Below the pieces are notes generated by a model. It ran no database searches. It was not told where the DNA came from and saw nothing but the letters and a program-made list of their open reading frames with translations. DNA of 64,000 nucleotides, taken from the NCBI GenBank assembly GCA_964057225.1, contig OZ059898.1:18600001-18664000 (forward strand). Direction: 5' to 3'. Position 1 is the stretch's first letter. Each line of letters begins with the position of its first letter. This stretch comes from Auanema rhodensis. Lineage: Eukaryota; Animalia; Nematoda. Made by a program: the position numbers and the translations under genes. Of the stretch, positions 40,201 through 54,200 are shown one piece after another.

Positions 40201-43200
40201 TGAAAGATAAAGAGATGCGGTTTTCAAAATTAGATTCCTCATGTCCATATTAGTCTAAAAACGAATTTTTATTGATATTGATGCATGGTAACCATGACTT
40301 TGAAATTTACGTGAACTTTAATTTATGCTTATTAAGTGTACACGTGATGTGCACTTGGTATGTAACTCGCTTCACGTGAAAGATAAAGGGATGCGGTTTT
40401 CAAAATTAGATTCTCCATGTCCATATTAGTCTAAAAACAAATTTTTATTGATATTGGTGCATGGTAACCATGACTTTGAAATTTACGTGAACTTTAATTT
40501 ATGCTAATTAAGTGTACACGTGATGTGCACTTGGTATGTAACTCGCTTCACGTGAAAGATAAAGAGATGCGGTTTTCAAAATTAGATTCCCCATGTTTAT
40601 ATTAGTCTAAAAACAAATTTTTATTGATATTGGTGCATGGCAACCATGACTTTAAAATCTACGTGTACTTTAATTTATGCTAATTAAGTGTACACATGAT
40701 GTGCACTTGGTATGTAACTCGCTTCACGTGAAAGATAAAGAGATGCGGTTTTCAAAATTAGATTCCTCATGTCCATATTAGTCTAAAAACGAATTTTTAT
40801 TGATATTGATGTATGGTAACCATGACTTTGAAATTTACGTGAACTTTAATTTATGCTTATTAAGTGTACACGTGATGTGCACTTGGTATGTAACTCGCTT
40901 CACGTGAAAGATAAAGGGATGCGGTTTTCAAAATTAGATTCCTCATGTCCATATTAGTCTAAAAACGAATTCTTATTGATATTGATGCATGGTAACCATG
41001 ACTTTGAAATTTACGTGAACTTTAATTTATGCTTATTAAGTGTACACGTGATGTGCACTTGGTATGTAACTCGCTTCACGTGAAAGATAGAGGGATGCGG
41101 TTTTCAAAATTAGATTCCCCATGTCCATATTAGTTTAAAAACAAATTTTTATTGATATTGGTGCATGGTAACCATGACTTTGAAATTTACGTGAACTTTA
41201 ATTTATGCTAATTAAGTGTACACATGATGTGCACTTGGTATGTAACTCGCTTCACGAGAAAGATAAAAAGATGCGGTTTTCAAATTTAGATTTCGCGTGT
41301 CCATATTAGTCTAAAAACAAATTTTTATTGATATTGGTGCATGGTAACCATGACTTTGAAGTTTACGTGAACTTTAATTTATGCTAATTAAGTGTACACG
41401 TGAAGTGCACTTGGTATGTAACTCGCTTCACGTGAAAGATAAAGAGATGCGGTTTTCAAAATTAGATTCCCCATGTCCATATTAGTCTAAAAACAAATTT
41501 TTATCGATATTGGTGCATGGTAACCATGACTTTGAAATTTACGTGAACTTTAATTTATGCTAATTAAGTGTACACATGATGTGCACTCGGTATGTAACTC
41601 GCTTCACGTGAAAGATAAAGAGATGCGGTTTTCAAAATTAGATTCCGCATGTCCATTTTAGTCTAAAAACAAATTTTTATTGATATTGGTGCATGGTAAC
41701 CATGACTTTGAAATTTACGTGAACTTTAATTTATGCTAATTAAGTGTACACGTGATGTGCACTTGGTATGTAACTCGCTTCACGTGAAAGATAAAGAGAT
41801 GCGGTTTTCAAAATTAGATTCCCCATGTTTATATTAGTCTAAAAACAAATTTTTATTGATATTGGTGCATGGCAACCATGACTTTAAAATCTACGTGTAC
41901 TTTAATTTATGCTAATTAAGTGTACACATGATGTGCACTCGGTATGTAACTCGCTTCACGTGAAAGATAAAGAGATGCGGTTTTCAAAATTAGATTCCGC
42001 ATGTCCATATTAGTCTAAAAACAAATTTTTATTGATATTGGTGCATGGTAACCATGACTTTGAAATTTACGTGAACTTTAATTTATGCTAATTAAGTGTA
42101 CACGTGATGTGCACTTGGTATGTAACTCGCTTCACGTGAAAGATAAAGAGATGCGGTTTTCAAAATTAGATTCCCCATGTTTATATTAGTCTAAAAACAA
42201 ATTTTTATTGATATTGGTGCATGGCAACCATGACTTTAAAATCTACGTGTACTTTAATTTATGCTAATTAAGTGTACACATGATGTGCACTTGGTATGTA
42301 ACTCGCTTCACGTGAAAGATAAAGAGATGCGGTTTTCAAAATTAGATTCCCCATGTTTATATTAGTCTAAAAACAAATTTTTATTGATATTGGTGCATGG
42401 CAACCATGACTTTAAAATCTACGTGTACTTTAATTTATGCTAATTAAGTGTACACATGATGTGCACTTGGTATGTAACTCGCTTCACGTGAAAGATAAAG
42501 AGATGCGGTTTTCAAAATTAGATTCCTCATGTCCATATTAGTCTAAAAACGAATTTTTATTGATATTGATGCATGGTAACCATGACTTTGAAATTTACGT
42601 GAACTTTAATTTATGCTTATTAAGTGTACACGTGATGTGCACTTGGTATGTAACTCGCTTCACGTGAAAGATAAAGGGATGCGGTTTTCAAAATTAGATT
42701 CTACATGTCCATATTAGTCTAAAAACAAATTTTTATTGATATTGGTGCATGGTAACCATGACTTTGAAATTTACGTGAACTTTAATTTATGCTAATTAAG
42801 TGTACACGTGATGTGCACTTGGTATGTAACTCGCTTCACGTGAAAGATGAAGAGATGCGGTTTTCACAATTAGGTTCCCCATGTCCATATTAGTCTAAAA
42901 ACAAATTTTTGTTGATATTGGTGGATGGTAACCATGACTTTCAAATTTACGTGAACTTAAATTTATGCTAATTAAGTGTACACATGATGTGCACTTGGTA
43001 TGTAACTCGCTTCACGTCAAAGATAAAGAGATGCGGTTTTCAAAATTAGATTTCGCATGTCCATATTAGTCTAAAAACAAATTTTTATTGATATTGGTGC
43101 ATGGTAACCATGACTTTGAAATTTACGTGAACTTTAATTTATGCTAATTAAGTGTACACGTGATGTGCACTTGGTATGTAACTCGCTTCACGTGAAAGAT

Positions 43201-44548
43201 AAAGAGATGCGGTTTCCAAAATTAGATTTCGCATGTCCATATTAGTCTAAAAACAAATTTTTGTTGATATTGGTGGATGGTAACCATGACTTTGAAATTT
43301 ACGTGAACTTTAATTTATGCTAATTAAGTGTACACGTGATGTGCACTTGGTATGTAACTCGCTTCACGTGAAAGATGAAGAGATGCGGTTTTCAAAATTA
43401 GGTTCCCCATGTCCATATTAGTCTAAAAACAAATTTTTTTTGATATTGGTGGATGGTAACCATGACTTTGAAATTTACGTGAACTTTAATTTATGCTAAT
43501 TAAGTGTACACGTGATGTGCACTCGGTATGTAACTCGCTTCACGTGAAAGATAAAGAGATGCGGTTTTCAAAATTAGATTCCGCATGTCCATATTAGTCT
43601 AAAAACAAATTTTTATTGATATTGGTGCATGGTAACCATGACTTTGAAATTTACGTGAACTTTAATTTATGCTAATTAAGTGTACACGTGATGTGCACTT
43701 GGTATGTAACTCGCTTCACGTGAAAGATAAAGAGATGCGGTTTCCAAAATTAGATTTCGCATGTCCATATTAGTCTAAAAACAAATTTTTATTGATATTG
43801 GTGCATGGTAACCATGACTTTGAAATTTACGTGAACTTCAATTTATGCTAATTAAGTGTACACGTGATGTGCACTTGGTATGTAACTCGCTTCACGTGAA
43901 AGATAAAGAGATGCGGTTTTCAAAATTAGATTCCCCATGTTTATATTAGTCTAAAAACAAATTTTTATTGATATTGGTGCATGGCAACCATGACTTTAAA
44001 ATCTACGTGTACTTTAATTTATGCTAATTAAGTGTACACATGATGTGCACTTGGTATGTAACTCGCTTCACGTGAAAGATAAAGAGATGCGGTTTTCAAA
44101 ATTAGATTCCTCATGTCCATATTAGTCTAAAAACGAATTTTTATTGATATTGATGCATGGTAACCATGACTTTGAAATTTACGTGAACTTTAATTTATGC
44201 TTATTAAGTGTACACGTGATGTGCACTTGGTATGTAACTCGCTTCACGTGAAAGATAAAGGGATGCGGTTTTCAAAATTAGATTCCCCATGTCCATATTA
44301 GTCTAAAAACAAATTTTTGTTGATATTGGTGGATGGTAACCATGACTTTGAAATTTATGTGAACTTTAATTTATGCTAATTAAGTGTACACGTGATGTGC
44401 ACTTGGTATGTAACTCGCTTCACGTCAAAGATAAAGAGATGCGGTTTTCAAAATTAGATTTCGCATGTCTATATTAGTCTAAAAACAAATTTTTGTTGAT
44501 ATTGGTGGATGGTAACCATGACTTTCAAATTTACGTGAACTTCAATTT

Positions 44549-44731
44549 ATGCTAATTAAGTGTACACGTGATGTGCACTTGGTATGTAACTCGCTTCACG
44601 TAAAAGATAAAGAGATGCGGTTTTCAAAATTAGATTCCCCATGTCCATATCAGTCTAAAAACAAATTTTTATTGATATTGGTGCATGGTAACCATGACTT
44701 TGAAATTTACGTGAACTTTAATTTATGCTAA
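44549..44731 (+). other. Fortuitous 60-codon ORF within a satellite monomer; not a gene
   Basis: T>C at 44651 turns the consensus in-frame TAG into CAG. The translation is simply the monomer sequence. Confidence 0.92.
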
Positions 44732-47700
44732 TTAAGTGTACACATGATGTGCACTCGGTATGTAACTCGCTTCACGTGAAAGATAAAGAGATGCGGTTTT
44801 CAAAATTAGATTCCGCATGTCCATATTAGTCTAAAAACAAATTTTTATTGATATTGGTGCATGGTAACCATGACTTTGAAATTTACGTGAACTTCAATTT
44901 ATGCTAATTAAGTGTACACGTGATGTGCACTTGGTATGTAACTCGCTTCACGTGAAAGATGAAGAGATGCGGTTTTCAAAATTAGGTTCCCCATGTCCAT
45001 ATTAGTCTAAAAACAAATTTTTGTTGATATTGGTGCATGGTAACCATGACTTTGAAATTTACGTGAACTTTAATTTATGCTAATTAAGTGTACACGTGAT
45101 GTGCACTTGGTATGTAACTCGCTTCACGTGAAAGATAAAGAGATGCGGTTTTCAAAATTAGATTCCCCATGTCCATATTAGTCTAAAAACAAATTTTTAT
45201 CGATATTGGTGCATGGTAACCATGACTTTGAAATTTACGTGAACTTTAATTTATGCTAATTAAGTGTACACATGATGTGCACTCGGTATGTAACTCGCTT
45301 CACGTGAAAGATAAAGAGATGCGGTTTTCAAAATTAGATTCCGCATGTCCATATTAGTCTAAAAACAAATTTTTATTGATATTGGTGCATGGTAACCATG
45401 ACTTTGAAATTTACGTGAACTTCAATTTATGCTAATTAAGTGTACACGTGATGTGCACTTGGTATGTAACTCGCTTCACGTGAAAGATGAAGAGATGCGG
45501 TTTTCAAAATTAGATTCCGCATGTCCATATTAGTCTAAAAACAAATTTTTATTGATATTGGTGCATGGTAACCATGACTTTGAAATTTACGTGAACTTTA
45601 ATTTATGCTAATTAAGTGTACACATGATGTGCACTTGGTATGTAACTCGCTTCACGTCAAAGATAAAGAGATGCGGTTTTCAAAATTAGATTTCGCATGT
45701 CCATATTAGTCTAAAAACAAATTTTTATTGATATTGGTGCATGGTAACCATGACTTTGAAATTTACGTGAACTTTAATTTATGCTAATTAAGTGTACACG
45801 TGATGTGCACTTGGTATGTAACTCGCTTCACGTGAAAGATAAAGAGATGCGGTTTTCAAAATTAGATTCCTCATGTCCATATTAGTCTAAAAACGAATTT
45901 TTATTGATATTGATGCATGGTAACCATGACTTTGAAATTTACGTGAACTTTAATTTATGCTTATTAAGTGTACACGTGATGTGCACTTGGTATGTAACTC
46001 GCTTCACGTGAAAGATAGAGGGATGCGGTTTTCAAAATTAGATTCCCCATGTCCATATTAGTCTAAAAACAAATTTTTATTGATATTGGTGCATGGTAAC
46101 CATGACTTTGAAATTTACGTGAACTTTAATTTATGCTAATTAAGTGTACACGTGATGTGCACTTGGTATGTAACTCGCTTCACGTGAAAGATAGAGGGAT
46201 GCGGTTTTCAAAATTAGATTCCCCATGTCCATATTAGTTTAAAAACAAATTTTTATTGATATTGGTGCATGGTAACCATGACTTTGAAATTTACGTGAAC
46301 TTTAATTTATGCTAATTAAGTGTACACATGATGTGCACTTGGTATGTAACTCGCTTCACGAGAAAGATAAAAAGATGCGGTTTTCAAATTTAGATTTCGC
46401 GTGTCCATATTAGTCTAAAAACAAATTTTTATTGATATTGGTGCATGGTAACCATGACTTTGAAGTTTACGTGAACTTTAATTTATGCTAATTAAGTGTA
46501 CACGTGAAGTGCACTTGGTATGTAACTCGCTTCACGTGAAAGATAAAGAGATGCGGTTTTCAAAATTAGATTCCCCATGTCCATATTAGTCTAAAAACAA
46601 ATTTTTATCGATATTGGTGCATGGTAACCATGACTTTGAAATTTACGTGAACTTTAATTTATGCTAATTAAGTGTACACATGATGTGCACTCGGTATGTA
46701 ACTCGCTTCACGTGAAAGATAAAGAGATGCGGTTTTCAAAATTAGATTCCGCATGTCCATTTTAGTCTAAAAACAAATTTTTATTGATATTGGTGCATGG
46801 TAACCATGACTTTGAAATTTACGTGAACTTTAATTTATGCTAATTAAGTGTACACGTGATGTGCACTTGGTATGTAACTCGCTTCACGTGAAAGATAAAG
46901 AGATGCGGTTTTCAAAATTAGATTCCCCATGTTTATATTAGTCTAAAAACAAATTTTTATTGATATTGGTGCATGGCAACCATGACTTTAAAATCTACGT
47001 GTACTTTAATTTATGCTAATTAAGTGTACACATGATGTGCACTCGGTATGTAACTCGCTTCACGTGAAAGATAAAGAGATGCGGTTTTCAAAATTAGATT
47101 CCGCATGTCCATATTAGTCTAAAAACAAATTTTTATTGATATTGGTGCATGGTAACCATGACTTTGAAATTTACGTGAACTTTAATTTATGCTAATTAAG
47201 TGTACACGTGATGTGCACTTGGTATGTAACTCGCTTCACGTGAAAGATAAAGAGATGCGGTTTTCAAAATTAGATTCCCCATGTTTATATTAGTCTAAAA
47301 ACAAATTTTTATTGATATTGGTGCATGGCAACCATGACTTTAAAATCTACGTGTACTTTAATTTATGCTAATTAAGTGTACACATGATGTGCACTTGGTA
47401 TGTAACTCGCTTCACGTGAAAGATAAAGAGATGCGGTTTTCAAAATTAGATTCCCCATGTTTATATTAGTCTAAAAACAAATTTTTATTGATATTGGTGC
47501 ATGGCAACCATGACTTTAAAATCTACGTGTACTTTAATTTATGCTAATTAAGTGTACACATGATGTGCACTTGGTATGTAACTCGCTTCACGTGAAAGAT
47601 AAAGAGATGCGGTTTTCAAAATTAGATTCCTCATGTCCATATTAGTCTAAAAACGAATTTTTATTGATATTGATGCATGGTAACCATGACTTTGAAATTT

Positions 47701-49652
47701 ACGTGAACTTTAATTTATGCTTATTAAGTGTACACGTGATGTGCACTTGGTATGTAACTCGCTTCACGTGAAAGATAAAGGGATGCGGTTTTCAAAATTA
47801 GATTCTACATGTCCATATTAGTCTAAAAACAAATTTTTATTGATATTGGTGCATGGTAACCATGACTTTGAAATTTACGTGAACTTTAATTTATGCTAAT
47901 TAAGTGTACACGTGATGTGCACTTGGTATGTAACTCGCTTCACGTGAAAGATGAAGAGATGCGGTTTTCACAATTAGGTTCCCCATGTCCATATTAGTCT
48001 AAAAACAAATTTTTGTTGATATTGGTGGATGCTAACCATGACTTTCAAATTTACGTGAACTTAAATTTATGCTAATTAAGTGTACACATGATGTGCACTT
48101 GGTATGTAACTCGCTTCACGTCAAAGATAAAGAGATGCGGTTTTCAAAATTAGATTTCGCATGTCCATATTAGTCTAAAAACAAATTTTTATTGATATTG
48201 GTGCATGGTAACCATGACTTTGAAATTTACGTGAACTTTAATTTATGCTAATTAAGTGTACACGTGATGTGCACTTGGTATGTAACTCGCTTCACGTGAA
48301 AGATAAAGAGATGCGGTTTCCAAAATTAGATTTCGCATGTCCATATTAGTCTAAAAACAAATTTTTGTTGATATTGGTGGATGGTAACCATGACTTTGAA
48401 ATTTACGTGAACTTTAATTTATGCTAATTAAGTGTACACGTGATGTGCACTTGGTATGTAACTCGCTTCACGTGAAAGATGAAGAGATGCGGTTTTCAAA
48501 ATTAGGTTCCCCATGTCCATATTAGTCTAAAAACAAATTTTTTTTGATATTGGTGGATGGTAACCATGACTTTGAAATTTACGTGAACTTTAATTTATGC
48601 TAATTAAGTGTACACGTGATGTGCACTCGGTATGTAACTCGCTTCACGTGAAAGATAAAGAGATGCGGTTTTCAAAATTAGATTCCGCATGTCCATATTA
48701 GTCTAAAAACAAATTTTTATTGATATTGGTGCATGGTAACCATGACTTTGAAATTTACGTGAACTTTAATTTATGCTAATTAAGTGTACACGTGATGTGC
48801 ACTTGGTATGTAACTCGCTTCACGTGAAAGATAAAGAGATGCGGTTTCCAAAATTAGATTTCGCATGTCCATATTAGTCTAAAAACAAATTTTTATTGAT
48901 ATTGGTGCATGGTAACCATGACTTTGAAATTTACGTGAACTTCAATTTATGCTAATTAAGTGTACACGTGATGTGCACTTGGTATGTAACTCGCTTCACG
49001 TGAAAGATAAAGAGATGCGGTTTTCAAAATTAGATTCCCCATGTTTATATTAGTCTAAAAACAAATTTTTATTGATATTGGTGCATGGCAACCATGACTT
49101 TAAAATCTACGTGTACTTTAATTTATGCTAATTAAGTGTACACATGATGTGCACTTGGTATGTAACTCGCTTCACGTGAAAGATAAAGAGATGCGGTTTT
49201 CAAAATTAGATTCCTCATGTCCATATTAGTCTAAAAACGAATTTTTATTGATATTGATGCATGGTAACCATGACTTTGAAATTTACGTGAACTTTAATTT
49301 ATGCTTATTAAGTGTACACGTGATGTGCACTTGGTATGTAACTCGCTTCACGTGAAAGATAAAGGGATGCGGTTTTCAAAATTAGATTCCCCATGTCCAT
49401 ATTAGTCTAAAAACAAATTTTTGTTGATATTGGTGGATGGTAACCATGACTTTGAAATTTATGTGAACTTTAATTTATGCTAATTAAGTGTACACGTGAT
49501 GTGCACTTGGTATGTAACTCGCTTCACGTCAAAGATAAAGAGATGCGGTTTTCAAAATTAGATTTCGCATGTCTATATTAGTCTAAAAACAAATTTTTGT
49601 TGATATTGGTGGATGGTAACCATGACTTTCAAATTTACGTGAACTTCAATTT

Positions 49653-49835
49653 ATGCTAATTAAGTGTACACGTGATGTGCACTTGGTATGTAACTCGCTT
49701 CACGTAAAAGATAAAGAGATGCGGTTTTCAAAATTAGATTCCCCATGTCCATATCAGTCTAAAAACAAATTTTTATTGATATTGGTGCATGGTAACCATG
49801 ACTTTGAAATTTACGTGAACTTTAATTTATGCTAA
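49653..49835 (+). other. Fortuitous 60-codon ORF, duplicate of 44549..44731; not a gene
   Basis: Same TAG>CAG at 49755, exactly 5104 bp downstream, inside the 29-mer duplication. Confidence 0.92.
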
Positions 49836-51299
49836 TTAAGTGTACACATGATGTGCACTCGGTATGTAACTCGCTTCACGTGAAAGATAAAGAGATGCGG
49901 TTTTCAAAATTAGATTCCGCATGTCCATATTAGTCTAAAAACAAATTTTTATTGATATTGGTGCATGGTAACCATGACTTTGAAATTTACGTGAACTTCA
50001 ATTTATGCTAATTAAGTGTACACGTGATGTGCACTTGGTATGTAACTCGCTTCACGTGAAAGATGAAGAGATGCGGTTTTCAAAATTAGGTTCCCCATGT
50101 CCATATTAGTCTAAAAACAAATTTTTGTTGATATTGGTGCATGGTAACCATGACTTTGAAATTTACGTGAACTTTAATTTATGCTAATTAAGTGTACACG
50201 TGATGTGCACTTGGTATGTAACTCGCTTCACGTGAAAGATAAAGAGATGCGGTTTTCAAAATTAGATTCCCCATGTCCATATTAGTCTAAAAACAAATTT
50301 TTATCGATATTGGTGCATGGTAACCATGACTTTGAAATTTACGTGAACTTTAATTTATGCTAATTAAGTGTACACATGATGTGCACTCGGTATGTAACTC
50401 GCTTCACGTGAAAGATAAAGAGATGCGGTTTTCAAAATTAGATTCCGCATGTCCATATTAGTCTAAAAACAAATTTTTATTGATATTGGTGCATGGTAAC
50501 CATGACTTTGAAATTTACGTGAACTTCAATTTATGCTAATTAAGTGTACACGTGATGTGCACTTGGTATGTAACTCGCTTCACGTGAAAGATGAAGAGAT
50601 GCGGTTTTCAAAATTAGATTCCGCATGTCCATATTAGTCTAAAAACAAATTTTTATTGATATTGGTGCATGGTAACCATGACTTTGAAATTTACGTGAAC
50701 TTTAATTTATGCTAATTAAGTGTACACATGATGTGCACTTGGTATGTAACTCGCTTCACGTCAAAGATAAAGAGATGCGGTTTTCAAAATTAGATTTCGC
50801 ATGTCCATATTAGTCTAAAAACAAATTTTTATTGATATTGGTGCATGGTAACCATGACTTTGAAATTTACGTGAACTTTAATTTATGCTAATTAAGTGTA
50901 CACGTGATGTGCACTTGGTATGTAACTCGCTTCACGTGAAAGATAAAGAGATGCGGTTTTCAAAATTAGATTCCTCATGTCCATATTAGTCTAAAAACGA
51001 ATTTTTATTGATATTGATGCATGGTAACCATGACTTTGAAATTTACGTGAACTTTAATTTATGCTTATTAAGTGTACACGTGATGTGCACTTGGTATGTA
51101 ACTCGCTTCACGTGAAAGATAGAGGGATGCGGTTTTCAAAATTAGATTCCCCATGTCCATATTAGTCTAAAAACAAATTTTTATTGATATTGGTGCATGG
51201 TAACCATGACTTTGAAATTTACGTGAACTTTAATTTATGCTAATTAAGTGTACACGTGATGTGCACTTGGTATGTAACTCGCTTCACGTGAAAGATGAA

Positions 51300-54200
51300 G
51301 AGATGCGGTTTTCAAAATTAGGTTCCCCATGTCCATATTAGTCTAAAAACAAATTTTTGTTGATATTGGTGGATGGTAACCATGACTTTCAAATTTACGT
51401 GAACTTTAATTTATGCTAATTAAGTGTACACATGATGTGCACTTGGTATGTAACTCGCTTCACGTCAAAGATAAAGAGATGCGGTTTTCAAAATTAGATT
51501 TCGCATGTCCATATTAGTCTAAAAACAAATTTTTGTTGATATTGGTGGATGGTAACCATGACTTTCAAATTTACGTGAACTTCAATTTATGCTAATTAAG
51601 TGTACACGTGATGTGCACTTGGTATGTAACTCGCTTCGCGTCAACGATAAAGAGATGCGGTTTTCAAAATTAGATTCCCCATGTCCATATTAGTCTAAAA
51701 ACAAATTTTTATTAATATTGGTGCATGGTAACCATGACTTTGAAATTTACGTGAACTTTTATTTATGCTAATTAAGTGTACACGTGATGTGCACTTGGTA
51801 TGTAACTCGCTTCACGTGAAAGATAAAGAGATGCGGTTTTCAAAATTAGATTCCCCATGTCCATATTAGTCTAAAAACAAATTTTTATTGATATTGGTGC
51901 ATGGTAACCATGACTTTGAAATTTACGTGAACTTTAATTTATGCTAATTAAGTGTACAAATGTTGTGCACTTGGTATGTAACTCGCTTCACGAGAAAGAT
52001 AAAAAGATGCGGTTTTCAAATTTAGATTTCGCGTGTCCATATTAGTCTAAAAACAAATTTTTATTGATATTGGTGCATGGTAACCATGACTTTGAAATTT
52101 ACGTGAACTTTAATTTATGCTAATTAAGTGTACACGTGAAGTGCACTTGGTATGTAACTCGCTTCACGTGAAAGATAAAGAGATGCGGTTTTCAAAATTA
52201 GATTCCCCATGTCCATATTAGTCTAAAAACAAATTTTTATCGATATTGGTGCATGGTAACCATGACTTTGAAATTTACGTGAACTTTAATTTATGCTAAT
52301 TAAGTGTACACGTGATGTGCACTTGCTATGTAACTCGCTTCACGTGAAAGATAAAGGGATGCGGTTTTCAAAATTAGATTCCCCATGTCCATATTAGTCT
52401 AAAAACAAATTTTTGTTGATATTGGTGGATGGTAACCATGACTTTGAAATTTACGTGAACTTTAATTTATGCTAATTAAGTGTACACGTGATGTGCACTT
52501 GGTATGTAACTCGCTTCACGTGAAAGATGAAGAGATGCGGTTTTCAAAATTAGGTTCCCCATGTCCATATTAGTCTAAAAACAAATTTTTGTTGATATTG
52601 GTGGATGGTAACCATGACTTTCAAATTTACGTGAACTTTAATTTATGCTAATTAAGTGTACACATGATGTGCACTTGGTATGTAACTCGCTTCACGTGAA
52701 AGATAAAGAGATGCGGTTTTCAAAATTAGATTCCCCATGTCCATATTAGTCTAAAAACAAATTTTTATCGATATTGGTGCATGGTAACCATGACTTTGAA
52801 ATTTACGTGAACTTTAATTTATGCTAATTAAGTGTACACATGATGTGCACTCGGTATGTAACTCGCTTCACGTGAAAGATAAAGAGATGCGGTTTTCAAA
52901 ATTAGATTCCGCATGTCCATATTAGTCTAAAAACAAATTTTTATTGATATTGGTGCATGGTAACCATGACTTTCAAATTTACGTGAACTTTAATTTATGC
53001 TTATTAAGTGTACACGTGATGTGCACTTGGTATGTAACTCGCTTCACGTGAAAGATAAAGGGATGCGGTTTTCAAAATTAGATTCCCCATGTCCATATTA
53101 GTCTAAAAACAAATTTTTGTTGATATTGGTGGATGGTAACCATGACTTTGAAATTTACGTGAACTTTAATTTATGCTAATTAAGTGTACACGTGATGTGC
53201 ACTTGGTATGTAACTCGCTTCACGTGAAAGATGAAGAGATGCGGTTTTCAAAATTAGGTTCCCCATGTCCATATTAGTCTAAAAACAAATTTTTGTTGAT
53301 ATTGGTGGATGGTAACCATGACTTTCAAATTTACGTGAACTTTAATTTATGCTAATTAAGTGTACACATGATGTGCACTTGGTATGTAACTCGCTTCACG
53401 TCAAAGATAAAGAGATGCGGTTTTCAAAATTAGATTTCGCATGTCTATATTAGTCTAAAAACAAATTTTTGTTGATATTGGTGGATGGTAACCATGACTT
53501 TCAAATTTACGTGAACTTCAATTTATGCTAATTAAGTGTACACGTGATGTGCACTTGGTATGTAACTCGCTTCGCGTCAACGATAAAGAGATGCGGTTTT
53601 CAAAATTAGATTCCCCATGTCCATATTAGTCTAAAAACAAATTTTTATTAATATTGGTGCATGGTAACCATGACTTTGAAATTTACGTGAACTTTAATTT
53701 ATGCTAATTAAGTGTACACGTGATGTGCACTTGGTATGTAACTCGCTTCACGTGAAAGATAAAGAGATGCGGTTTTCAAAATTAGATTCCCCATGTCCAT
53801 ATTAGTCTAAAAACAAATTTTTGTTGATATTGGTGGATGGTAACCATGACTTTCAAATTTACGTGAACTTCAATTTATGCTAATTAAGTGTACACGTGAT
53901 GTGCACTTGGTATGTAACTCGCTTCGCGTCAACGATAAAGAGATGCGGTTTTCAAAATTAGATTCCCCATGTCCATATTAGTCTAAAAACAAATTTTTAT
54001 TAATATTGGTGCATGGTAACCATGACTTTGAAATTTACGTGAACTTTAATTTATGCTAATTAAGTGTACACGTGATGTGCACTTGGTATGTAACTCGCTT
54101 CACGTGAAAGATAAAGAGATGCGGTTTTCAAAATTAGATTCCCCATGTCCATATTAGTCTAAAAACAAATTTTTATTGATATTGGTGCATGGTAACCATG

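Larger units (their letters stand above)
41035..51296 (+). repeat. Near-perfect tandem duplication of 29 monomers (5,104 bp x 2)
   Basis: Rare SNPs all offset by 5104: 41135/46239, 41657/46761, 42702/47806, 42959/48063, 44651/49755, and the two ORFs at 44549/49653. Only one difference noticed (42928 G vs 48032 C). Confidence 0.95.

Noticed and set aside
44549-49835. Two identical 60-aa ORFs as a small-protein gene pair or stop-codon switch
   Set aside because: They arise from one TAG>CAG SNP copied by the 29-mer duplication. The monomer length is not a multiple of 3, there is no gene context, and I recognise no protein motif.
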